From positions 1 to 16,345 of the forward strand of contig JBBQYG010000087.1 in assembly GCA_038208905.1 (NCBI GenBank): a stretch of 16,345 nucleotides of DNA. Direction: 5' to 3'. Positions within the stretch are counted from its first letter, which is position 1; every line of letters starts with the position of its first letter. The translations under genes were made by a program, and so were the position numbers. Shown piece by piece: positions 7,728 through 15,575 of this stretch. Below the pieces are notes generated by a model. That model was given only the letters and a program-made list of their open reading frames with translations. It was not told where the DNA came from and ran no database searches. The stretch comes from Candidatus Sumerlaeia bacterium. Its GTDB lineage: Bacteria; Sumerlaeota; Sumerlaeia; SLMS01.

Positions 7728-8985
7728 AGCTGGTCTCCGCCCCGAATCCAATAGGGCCGAGATAGAGCATCGGATCGTCCATCAGGCTGCGCCGTGTGAA
7801 CCGCGCATCCAGCGTGATCTCCAGCATCGTCGGCTCGGCGACGGGGGGAAGCATCACCGCGAGTTCCTGCCAGCCCTCCGCCAAGTCAACCGAGCGCCCG
7901 CGCGTTGCGGTCTCGCCCGCCGCGGCCAGCAGCCACCCAGAGGTCTGCCCCGGATGCGTGGGCCGAACGCGAACACGAAAGAGCAGCGGCTCCGCCGACC
8001 TGTAGGGAAGCCGCAGGAACCGATAGCGCAAGTTGACCTCCCGCTCCCTGAGCGGAGGCGCGAATCGAATCGCCATGACGCCGTGTGGATCGTCGTGCAG
8101 GAGTCCCGGCGCCGACCACGATCCCGACTCGCCCCCGCGCGGCGCGAAGGGAAGCCAGCCCAGCGCAAGCGCCGAGGAAAACGGCGGCGCGGCCAGATCG
8201 GGATTCGTATAGACAATCACATCGGCGCGATCCAGTAGCTCGATGCCCTCCGCCTCCCAAGCGCGCCGCGCCACGTCGTAGAGGAGCGGGTCGGACGCGC
8301 GGGCCAGCGCCGCGAGGCGGAAATCCGGAGTGTCCCACGCGGCAGGTGGAATCGCGTCGAAGACGCGTCCCAGCGCCGGTCGGTCGCGCGAGCGGAGCCG
8401 CTCCAGCAATTCGCCTCGCTCCACGGGCGAAAGCTCTGTGCTCTGCACCAGTTCGTAGACACGATCAACGGGGAGGCCCATCTCCACAAGCTGGCGCGCC
8501 GCATCGAGCCTGTATATCTGGCCGAGTCCCGACACGTCTCGCGCCAGGTCCTCCACTTTCTGTCGTTCGCCGAGAAGGCTCCATAGCTGAATCGCGCGAA
8601 GCCGCTGCCGGGGATAGCGCGGATCGAGTTCGTCCGCCCGGGAGAGCGCCACGCGGGCACCCGATGAATCGCCGGTGAACAGGAGGTTGCGCGAGAGCAG
8701 AAACCACAGGCCCGAGCGCATCGGCTCGATCAGCAGCGCGTCGCGTAGATCCGCGATGGCGCCGGCACGGTCGGCGGGAAAGAGCTTCTCCTCGCGGAAC
8801 TGGGCACGGAGTCGGAGTGCCTCGGCGGTTGTAGGAATATCGACAGCGGAAAGGACCGCCGCCTCGCCCTGGCGGCGAACCGCCTCGAACTGACGACGTG
8901 CATTGTCCTGGCGAATCAACCCCGCGGCCCAGAGGATCGCGCCGAGGCAGAGCAGCCCCGCGACGATCGCCCGCGCCGCGTGCAA
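7720..8985 (-). CDS. Membrane-anchored TPR-like protein with C-terminal beta-rich (possibly CBM-like) domain
   Basis: Fills the gap between purQ and the ligase exactly; N-terminal hydrophobic helix; TPR-like AIADLRDALLIEP..LWFLLS..ARVALSRADELDP; later NPDL..LGW and beta-strand-rich C-terminus. TTG start uncertain. Confidence 0.7.
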   Translation of the reverse strand: MHAARAIVAGLLCLGAILWAAGLIRQDNARRQFEAVRRQGEAAVLSAVDIPTTAEALRLRAQFREEKLFPADRAGAIADLRDALLIEPMRSGLWFLLSRNLLFTGDSSGARVALSRADELDPRYPRQRLRAIQLWSLLGERQKVEDLARDVSGLGQIYRLDAARQLVEMGLPVDRVYELVQSTELSPVERGELLERLRSRDRPALGRVFDAIPPAAWDTPDFRLAALARASDPLLYDVARRAWEAEGIELLDRADVIVYTNPDLAAPPFSSALALGWLPFAPRGGESGSWSAPGLLHDDPHGVMAIRFAPPLREREVNLRYRFLRLPYRSAEPLLFRVRVRPTHPGQTSGWLLAAAGETATRGRSVDLAEGWQELAVMLPPVAEPTMLEITLDARFTRRSLMDDPMLYLGPIGFGAETSYE

Positions 8986-8988
8986 GGC

Positions 8989-9693
8989 CTAGGCCCCCGC
9001 GCGGGAGAGAGCCGCCTCGATCGAGCGAAAAATGAAGCGTCCGTCGGTGCCGCCGAGAAGATCCTCCATCGCGCGCTCCGGATGGGGCATCATTCCCATC
9101 ACGTTCCCCGCTGCGTTTGCGACGCCCGCGATGTGAGCCACCGCGCCGTTGGGATTCGCCGCGTCGGAGACAACGCCCCCGGCGTCGCAGTACTCGAAGA
9201 GAATCTGCCCGCGCTCGCGCAGGCCCGCAAGCTCCGCCGCCGCGATCTGGTAGTTGCCTTCGCCGTGGGCGATGGGGATGCGAAGCACCTGACTGGGCTC
9301 GCACGCCGCGGTGAACGCCGAGTCGGAATGGGCCACGCGCAGGTGCGTCCACAGACAGCGAAACTTGATCCCCTTGTTCCGCGTCAAGGCGCCGGGGAGG
9401 AGCCCCGCCTCGCACAGGATCTGGAACCCGTTGCATACGCCCATTACCAGCCCGCCACGATCAGCGTGCTCCTTTACCGAGCGCATCGCCGTGGAGAACC
9501 GGGCCAGCGCGCCACAGCGCAGGTAGTCGCCATAGCTGAACCCGCCCGGCACCAGCACAACGTCCACCGATTGCTCGATGGGATCGCTGTGCCACACCTT
9601 CACAAGCTCCCAACCCATGTGGCGGATGGCGCGGTGCATATCCTGATCGCAATTCGAGCCGGGAAACGTGATGCAGGCGGCCTTGATCGTCAC
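8989..9693 (-). CDS. purQ: Phosphoribosylformylglycinamidine synthase glutaminase subunit PurQ
   Basis: FPGSNCD, PGGFSYGDYLR, catalytic GVCNGFQ, IAHGEG, NPNG, GMMPHPER. Confidence 0.98.
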   Translation of the reverse strand: MTIKAACITFPGSNCDQDMHRAIRHMGWELVKVWHSDPIEQSVDVVLVPGGFSYGDYLRCGALARFSTAMRSVKEHADRGGLVMGVCNGFQILCEAGLLPGALTRNKGIKFRCLWTHLRVAHSDSAFTAACEPSQVLRIPIAHGEGNYQIAAAELAGLRERGQILFEYCDAGGVVSDAANPNGAVAHIAGVANAAGNVMGMMPHPERAMEDLLGGTDGRFIFRSIEAALSRAGA

Positions 9694-10400
9694 GGTGCGC
9701 TCCGGGAAGTGGCGGTGAAATCGCGCGTCTCGACCCCGTCATCGTGGCCCACGATCAACGTGTCGCAAAGGCCAAAAAACAACCCGACTTCGACCACGCC
9801 CACGATGTCGCGGATGCGCGCAGCGACTTCCTCGGGCTGCTCGATGCCGTGCTCGAAATGGCAGTCCACGATCAGGTTTCCGTCGTCGCTCAGCCGGGGA
9901 TCGGATGCACCCGCGTTGCGCCGCAGCACCGGATGCCCGCCCGATGCCTTGCGGATGCGGTCGATCAGGTGATCCACGCCAAACGGGACGATATCCACGG
10001 GAACGGGAAAGCCCACGCCCAGATTTGTGACGGGCTTGCTCTCGTCCACCACGATCACGTGGCGGCGCGAATTCCCGGCCACCATCTTCTCTCTCAGCAG
10101 CGCGCCGCCGCCGCCCTTGATCATGCGGCCCTGCGCATCCACCTGATCGGCGCCGTCGATATACAGGTCGATCACGCGCGCCGTCAGCGGCCGCACGGGG
10201 ATGCCCGCGCGGCGCGCGATTTCCTCGGTGCGCTTGGACGTGCAGACGGCCTCGATGCTCAGCTCGCGGCGGCGGATTCGCTCGCCAATTTCCTCAACCG
10301 CGATTGCCGACGTGGAGCCCGATCCCAGCCCCACCAGCATTCCCGATCCCACCAGCGCCGCCGCTGCCCGCGCCGCATTTCGCTTCTGTTTGTCGCTCAC
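9690..10400 (-). CDS. rpiA: Ribose-5-phosphate isomerase A
   Basis: GLGSGST, IDGADQV, IKGGGGALLREK, VDESK, SDDGNLIVD, GVVEVGLF; GTG start. Confidence 0.97.
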   Translation of the reverse strand: MSDKQKRNAARAAAALVGSGMLVGLGSGSTSAIAVEEIGERIRRRELSIEAVCTSKRTEEIARRAGIPVRPLTARVIDLYIDGADQVDAQGRMIKGGGGALLREKMVAGNSRRHVIVVDESKPVTNLGVGFPVPVDIVPFGVDHLIDRIRKASGGHPVLRRNAGASDPRLSDDGNLIVDCHFEHGIEQPEEVAARIRDIVGVVEVGLFFGLCDTLIVGHDDGVETRDFTATSRSAP

Positions 10401-10424
10401 GAAAGGTTCATCCGTCGCAGGGAG

Positions 10425-10478
10425 AAAATTCGCACGCCGCGCGGCGCGAAACGGCCCCGGCGCCTCGACGCCGGGGCC
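10425..10478 (-). terminator. Two GC-rich hairpins downstream of carD (putative terminator or RNA-stabilising structure)
   Basis: Perfect 10-bp inverted repeat ggccccggcg (10453-10462) / cgccggggcc (10469-10478) with a 6-nt loop, followed on the minus strand by an imperfect hairpin (about 10429-10450) and TTTT. U-tract is weak. Confidence 0.5.
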
Positions 10479-10503
10479 ATGATCGCGCGCTCGGCTGAGG
10501 CGC

Positions 10504-11214
10504 TCACTCGTCCTCGTCCTCTTCCTCGTCTTCCTTGTCGTCGTCCTCGTCCACCGCCACCGCCTTCTTGACCTTGGCGGCGGGCTTGGGGGCCTCTTCT
10601 TCCTCTTCCGGTTCGTCGTCCTCCACCTCCTCTGGCTCGTCCTCGTAGCCGAGAACGCCCATCGAGAGGCCCGTGCCGCCCTTCTTGGCGCGCTCCTTGT
10701 CCTTCAACACCTTCTTCTTGAACATCTGGCGCAGCGCCTCGTTGATCTGCTCCATCACCTGTGTCTTGCTGACCTGGCGGATGTAGGCGACCTCGTCGCA
10801 GAGGAACTTCTTCGCCTGCTCCATGATCTCCTTCTCCTTACCCTTCAGGTCGTCCGCCTGATCGAGGATGTACAGGTCGCGGAGGAGGCGGGCGATCTTC
10901 ATCGGGTCGCCGGACTTCATGATGTCGCGGTAGTGGGTGTACTGAAGGCGGGCGTCGTCGCGGTTGGGCGAGACGGGCACCTTGAGCGACGCGAGGACCT
11001 TCTTCACCTCCTCGCGGTCCATCGGGCGCCGGATGTTCCGGTTCTCGATCTGCGCGGCGGGAACATACACCTTCGCGCTCTGGGCCTGGAAGATGTACAC
11101 CGTCATCTCCTGACCATCCACCTTCATCCGGCGCATGCCTTCCATGGTGCAGATACCATTGGTGGGCTCGATGATTGTCTCACCGATTTTGAATTTCATC
11201 ATGGGTTTGAACAT
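10504..11214 (-). CDS. carD: CarD/CdnL-family RNA polymerase-binding regulator with acidic C-terminal tail
   Basis: FKIGETIIEPTNGICTMEG matches the CarD/TRCF RID start (FxxGDxVVYPxHGVG); KVYVP..IRRP, helical CarD C-domain (KSGD..IARLLRDL..EKEIMEQAKKFL.DE). Start at ATG 11214 or 11202/11199. Confidence 0.8.
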   Translation of the reverse strand: MFKPMMKFKIGETIIEPTNGICTMEGMRRMKVDGQEMTVYIFQAQSAKVYVPAAQIENRNIRRPMDREEVKKVLASLKVPVSPNRDDARLQYTHYRDIMKSGDPMKIARLLRDLYILDQADDLKGKEKEIMEQAKKFLCDEVAYIRQVSKTQVMEQINEALRQMFKKKVLKDKERAKKGGTGLSMGVLGYEDEPEEVEDDEPEEEEEAPKPAAKVKKAVAVDEDDDKEDEEEDEDE

Positions 11215-11249
11215 ACCTGGTCGTGATGTGAGGGCGGGGCGCGTGACGT

Positions 11250-11278
11250 ATTTTGGCTCACACCCCACCGCTGAACAA
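11250..11278 (-). promoter_or_regulatory. Candidate sigma70-type promoter for carD
   Basis: Minus strand TTGTTC-N17-CAAAAT in the intergenic gap upstream of carD; both hexamers are imperfect. Confidence 0.25.
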
Positions 11279-11348
11279 GCAGGCTATCAGATGACTTCGG
11301 AGGGGGAAAGGGAAATAGATGGGCGAAGAAAGAGCGAAGGCCACATCC

Positions 11349-14291
11349 TTACTTCTTTCGCCGCTGCTGCGCCCGCTTCTTCGCCTCCATCAGGCTCGCC
11401 ATCCCCCCTGGCGGCGGGGCACCGGGCATGGGCGGGTCGGCATCGGTTGGCTTGGCCTGCTTCTGCCCGCGAGCGGCGGTGTCGGCATCCTGAGAGGCGC
11501 CGAAGACGCTCTCGCCCTGGCCGCGGGACTCCGTGTCGGAAAGTCGGTCGCGGAATGCGGCGCGGGCGTCGCGTTCGGCCTTCTCCTCCTCCTTGTCGCG
11601 GGTGGCGCGGGTCTTGGCCGCGCGAAGACTGGCCATGCGCGCGTCGTATTCCGCGGGGGCGCGGCGCGGGATCATGCCCAGGAACTTCTCTCCCAGCCAG
11701 CCCATCGCCTCGCCCCAATTCACATAGACGCGGCGGAAGAACACGTCCATCGGCAGCAGCATCACACCCAGCAGCAGGAGCCACGGCCACATCTCCAGCG
11801 GGCGGCGCGAGGGCGCCAAGTCGCGCAGGTAGGGATTGTAGTTTGCGACGCCGCCCTCCACGAACTTGCCGCCCGCGGCCTCGGCGATTTTCTTCAGGAA
11901 CTCCGTGTTGGTCTGGCTGGTTTCGTACTCGGGAGAGTACGACAGCGCCACGCCGCTGGTGAGGAACTGCGGCGAGCCCGTGGGCGATTCCTCCCCCGTG
12001 GCCATGCTGAGCATATAAGTGCCCACGCGCGTTGCGGGGAAATTCGCCTCATAGCGCCCTGGCGCGACCTGACGCACGTCCAGCGGAACCGACTTGAACT
12101 CGGGATCGATCACGCTCGCGTCGAAGTCGATGAAGTTCAGGAAATTCCCCCCGTCGTCCACCGCGTCGATGGTCACCTTGCCGGTGCCTCCCACGATCTC
12201 CGTGTTGACCTGGAAGTTGGGGCTGTTGGCCTCGCGCAGCGACCAGCGCACCATCTGGGACCAGATCTTGGAGAAGCTCCCCCACGCCACCCAGTTCGTC
12301 GCCCACTTGTCCTTGGCGTCTGACGTGAACGCGACGGTCTTGCCAAGGCCATAGCGCCAGTGGACGAGGAGCGGATCGTCGAAACCGGTGGAGAGCGCCT
12401 CTGTCGCCAGATCCTTAACCGTCGTGATCACATAGCCATTCATGTCCGGGACGGCGGCGAATCCCAGGAGCATCTCGCTCGGCGCGCCGAACCGCGGCGT
12501 GAACGTCTCCTCGCGAATGAGCGACTTGCGGACCACGGTCGCCTCCTTGGTGAAGATGCGAGGCAGCTCGGCGCCCGTCTTGGGAAAGTAGAAATTCCCC
12601 GCTCCCCACGTGGCCATGTGCCGGAGCGACTCAACCGTGCTGGGGTCGTGGGGAAAGATCGCCACGCCGGAGACGGTGATCCCCGCGTCGCGGATCTTCT
12701 GGACGACCGCCTGACTGGGCGGCGCGGGATCGCCGTCGCTGATGACCACGATGTGCTTCGTTTGGGCCTTGATGGGCACCAGTTCATCGGCGGCCAGTTT
12801 CATCAGGCTGTCGAAGGACGGCGCGTCCAGTGGCGTCACGCCCTTGATGGCCGTGCGCATCGCGCGCTTGTCGCCGACGAGTTGAATGGGCGCGTCCCAC
12901 AGCCACTCCTCTCCCCAGCCCCCGCGGCCCGAGGCGCCCATGCCAAGGTAGTTGATCCCGAAGTAGTCCTGGGCTGAGAGCACGTTGAGCGACGCGAGCG
13001 CGATCTCTCGCGCCCAATCGTTGCCGCTTGGCATTTCGCAGGTGTGCAGCACCAGCACGAGCGCGCCGTTGGGAAGCATCTTCTTCTGCTTGATGTCCAT
13101 CGACACGGGGAGCGCCAGCTCGACCGGCGTGTCCTGATAGCCGCCGGCACCGAAGGAGTTCTCTCCGCCGATCATGATGAGGCCGATACCCAGGTCGTGA
13201 ACGGCGCGCTCCAGCAATCGCATCTGGGCCACGCTCATCGCATCCGCCGGCACGTTGGAAAGGATGATCGAGTCGTAGCGCTGCATGCGGTCGAAACTGG
13301 TGGGTATCTCCCCGGGGCCGCCGATCTCCACGGCGATGTTCTCCGCGCGAAGGGCGCCCGCCAGATAGCGCGCCGATTCGGCCATGCCGCCCTCCACCAG
13401 AAGGACCCGGGGCTCCGACTTCAGATAGGTGAACCCGCTCCCCCGGTTGTTCTGGGGCCTCAGGTCGCCCTCCGCCTCGATCGTCGCCGTGTAGGTGTGG
13501 AACCCGCCTTCGGAAAGCCGGCGCGACACCGTGAGCGGCGCGTTGCGCCCGGGGCGCACGGTTACGCGCTCCTCGATGATGACGTTGCCGTCCTCGTACA
13601 CGCGCAGCAGGGCGGGCGTTTCCTTCTCCGCGCTCGTGTATATCTTTATATCGAATGGCGCATCCTTGCTCGTGCGCTGGGGAACGACGATCTTCTCGAG
13701 CTGGACGTCGTTGCGCGCCTCGTAGTTCATCGGAATCACATCGACCGCCACGCCGCCGTTGCGCGCCACGCGGGCAACCTCCACGGCGGAGCCCAAGTTC
13801 TCGTTCCCGTCGCTCATCACCACGATGCGCCGCATCCGGTCCGACGGAAACGCCGCCAGCGCAAGCCGCAGCGCGGCGGAGAGATCGGTGCGCTCTCCAT
13901 TCACCTCGCTCAGGATCTGCCCCTCGTAGTCGAACGTCCGCGTCGCGGGAGTCTCGATCGAGGGCTTCTCGCCAAAGGCGATCACGCCGGTCTCGTCGCG
14001 GACGCCGGCCCGCCCGGAGAGCGCCTTGAGCAGGTTGCCCTGCTCCGTCTGAAGCTCCGCCGGAATCGAATCGGAACGGTCGAGGAGGAACAACACCGCC
14101 AGGTCGCGGCTCTCCCACCGGATTTCCATCCGCGCCAGCCCCAATACCAGTACGAGCAGCAGCAACGTCCGCACGGTGACGATCGCCGCGCGCCGTCCCC
14201 ACGCGATCAGGCGCAACCTCCGCGACAAGTACCACGAGAGTGGTATCAACAGCAGCAGCCACAGGAAAATGGGCTCGGCGAAATGGATCAT
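11349..14291 (-). CDS. Membrane protein with BatA-like N-terminus, two VWA domains and a GATase-like (DUF1355-type) domain
   Basis: N-terminal FAEP..L helices; VWA MIDAS LLDRSDS..TDL..MSDG; Ig-like segment ending DLRPQNN; GATase-like RVLLVEG..YDSIILSNV..GLIMIGGENSF..PLLVHWRYGLGK; second VWA (LVLHTCE..ISDGD); C-terminal TM WPWLLLL..DVFFRR. Confidence 0.85.
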   Translation of the reverse strand: MIHFAEPIFLWLLLLIPLSWYLSRRLRLIAWGRRAAIVTVRTLLLLVLVLGLARMEIRWESRDLAVLFLLDRSDSIPAELQTEQGNLLKALSGRAGVRDETGVIAFGEKPSIETPATRTFDYEGQILSEVNGERTDLSAALRLALAAFPSDRMRRIVVMSDGNENLGSAVEVARVARNGGVAVDVIPMNYEARNDVQLEKIVVPQRTSKDAPFDIKIYTSAEKETPALLRVYEDGNVIIEERVTVRPGRNAPLTVSRRLSEGGFHTYTATIEAEGDLRPQNNRGSGFTYLKSEPRVLLVEGGMAESARYLAGALRAENIAVEIGGPGEIPTSFDRMQRYDSIILSNVPADAMSVAQMRLLERAVHDLGIGLIMIGGENSFGAGGYQDTPVELALPVSMDIKQKKMLPNGALVLVLHTCEMPSGNDWAREIALASLNVLSAQDYFGINYLGMGASGRGGWGEEWLWDAPIQLVGDKRAMRTAIKGVTPLDAPSFDSLMKLAADELVPIKAQTKHIVVISDGDPAPPSQAVVQKIRDAGITVSGVAIFPHDPSTVESLRHMATWGAGNFYFPKTGAELPRIFTKEATVVRKSLIREETFTPRFGAPSEMLLGFAAVPDMNGYVITTVKDLATEALSTGFDDPLLVHWRYGLGKTVAFTSDAKDKWATNWVAWGSFSKIWSQMVRWSLREANSPNFQVNTEIVGGTGKVTIDAVDDGGNFLNFIDFDASVIDPEFKSVPLDVRQVAPGRYEANFPATRVGTYMLSMATGEESPTGSPQFLTSGVALSYSPEYETSQTNTEFLKKIAEAAGGKFVEGGVANYNPYLRDLAPSRRPLEMWPWLLLLGVMLLPMDVFFRRVYVNWGEAMGWLGEKFLGMIPRRAPAEYDARMASLRAAKTRATRDKEEEKAERDARAAFRDRLSDTESRGQGESVFGASQDADTAARGQKQAKPTDADPPMPGAPPPGGMASLMEAKKRAQQRRKK

Positions 14292-14353
14292 CCAACGAAG
14301 CCCGCCCTACCGATCAGAGTTCCGAATTTCCTGCAATCTCGCACAAGACAACC

Positions 14354-14374
14354 ATTCCCAATTCCCAATTCCCC
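14354..14374. repeat. Heptamer tandem repeat (ATTCCCA)x3
   Basis: attccca attccca attcccc, directly after the NHL gene stop codon on the minus strand. Confidence 0.8.
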
Positions 14375-14375
14375 C

Positions 14376-15476
14376 CTACTGCGTACTGCCCGCTGAATCG
14401 AACAGGCTCGCCACCGATTCCGCAACGGCGCTGGCAACGCCCCCGGGCGCTTCCCCGCGAAAGAAGCGAACAGGATTCCGCAATAGCTGCAAGCGCTGAT
14501 TGTTGGTGTCGGCGATCACCATTTCCCCGCCCGGCCCCACGGCGATTCCCCAGGGGAGAAAGAGCTGGCCCAGCTTTTTTCCCGGCTCTCCCCACGAGCC
14601 CAGGAATTTGCCATCGGGGCTGTGGTGGCTGATCCGCGCCGTTTCGTACTCCAACACGAAAACGCTCCCGTCCGCTGCCATCGCCATGTCCAGCGGGTAC
14701 TTCATCGCGCCCCAGTCCTTGCCAAGATGCCCGAAGCGCCGCAGCACGTTCCCCTCGCGGTCATACACCACGATCCGGTGATTCCCCGCGTCCACCACAT
14801 ACAGCGACTTGCCGTCGGGCGAGACGCTCAGCGCCATCGGCCGCAACAACTCATCGCTCTCGTAAACGGGGCTCCCCCACTCCTTCTCGAAAACGCCCTC
14901 CCGCGTGAACCGCATGATGCGGTTCGCGCGGCCGTACTCCGTCACCCACAACGTATGACCGTCGGGATCCGGAACCGCGTCCGTCGGGAAGATCATCTGA
15001 CCGGGCCCCTCGCCATTCACCCCAAAGGAGAAAAGCAACTCGCCCTCCTTGTTGTAGTTCAGAATGCGGCTGTAGTGCGTGTCGGCAATCCACAGCGAGT
15101 CGTTGACCGGATCCACGCTCATCCCCGTCGGCGTGCCGTTGCTGTATTCCGCAAGGCGCCACTGGCGAATGAACTCCCCCGACTCCGCCTCGAAGAACTG
15201 CACGCGCCCGGAGCGGTCGATCACCGCGATCTCCCCCGCCGCCGTAATCGCCAGGGCCCGCGGCTTTGTGAACTGACCGGGCTGCCGCCCCGCGTGGCCG
15301 ATGGCAACGGCGCCGCCATAATTGGACTGGGACTTGTCGCGGCCGCACGAAGCAAGAAGGAGGATGGCGAATACAGAAATGAACAGAAGGGATGAGGGAT
15401 GAGGGATGAGGGATGATTGCGCCAATTGATCCCTCGCTGCTGATTCAAAATGTGGCCCTGCCTCATCTTGTCCCAT
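14376..15476 (-). CDS. NHL-repeat six-bladed beta-propeller lipoprotein
   Basis: Lipobox LLASC; six blades FTKPRALA, GTPTGMSV, IFPTDAV, LRPMALSV, KYPLDMA, FLPWGIAV with D..N.R motifs. Start uncertain because the N-terminus runs through DNA repeats. Confidence 0.88.
   Translation of the reverse strand: MGQDEAGPHFESAARDQLAQSSLIPHPSSLLFISVFAILLLASCGRDKSQSNYGGAVAIGHAGRQPGQFTKPRALAITAAGEIAVIDRSGRVQFFEAESGEFIRQWRLAEYSNGTPTGMSVDPVNDSLWIADTHYSRILNYNKEGELLFSFGVNGEGPGQMIFPTDAVPDPDGHTLWVTEYGRANRIMRFTREGVFEKEWGSPVYESDELLRPMALSVSPDGKSLYVVDAGNHRIVVYDREGNVLRRFGHLGKDWGAMKYPLDMAMAADGSVFVLEYETARISHHSPDGKFLGSWGEPGKKLGQLFLPWGIAVGPGGEMVIADTNNQRLQLLRNPVRFFRGEAPGGVASAVAESVASLFDSAGSTQ
15389..15416. repeat. Heptamer tandem repeat (GGGATGA)x4
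   Basis: Four perfect copies; translated as SSLIPHPSS in the NHL gene signal region. Confidence 0.95.
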
Positions 15477-15500
15477 AAGTCCCCTTCGTCCCTTTGGTCC
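15470..15500. repeat. Degenerate 9-mer tandem repeat (GTCCCnnnn)
   Basis: gtcccataa gtccccttc gtccctttg gtcc. Confidence 0.7.
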
Positions 15501-15528
15501 TGCCTCTCACCACTCCCATCCCCGCCGT

Positions 15529-15575
15529 TCATCCCTGCCGTTGCCGTTCATCCCTCGTCCCTCGAACCTCATCCC
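15529..15575. repeat. Degenerate heptamer repeat (TCATCCC), inverted relative to 15389-15416
   Basis: tcatccc at 15529, then tcatccc tcgtccc tcgaacc tcatccc at 15548-15575, interspersed with gccgtt units. Confidence 0.85.

Noticed and set aside
10504..10650. TCG/TCC-rich stretch as a DNA repeat element
   Set aside because: Explained by Asp/Glu codons of the CarD acidic tail.
12784..14295. 503-aa alternative-frame minus-strand ORF (also 8465-9436)
   Set aside because: Arg/Gly/Pro-rich off-frame translation overlapping genes with clear domain motifs.
3523..14396. Long plus-strand ORFs (e.g. 3523-4746, 6735-7754, 8980-9972, 11319-12323, 13044-14396)
   Set aside because: Antisense shadows of well-supported minus-strand genes, expected from high-GC codon bias; no recognisable motifs.
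15389..15575. Repeats as a CRISPR array or IS ends
   Set aside because: Units are 7-9 bp in tandem with no unique spacers, no cas or transposase gene, and no clear target-site duplication.
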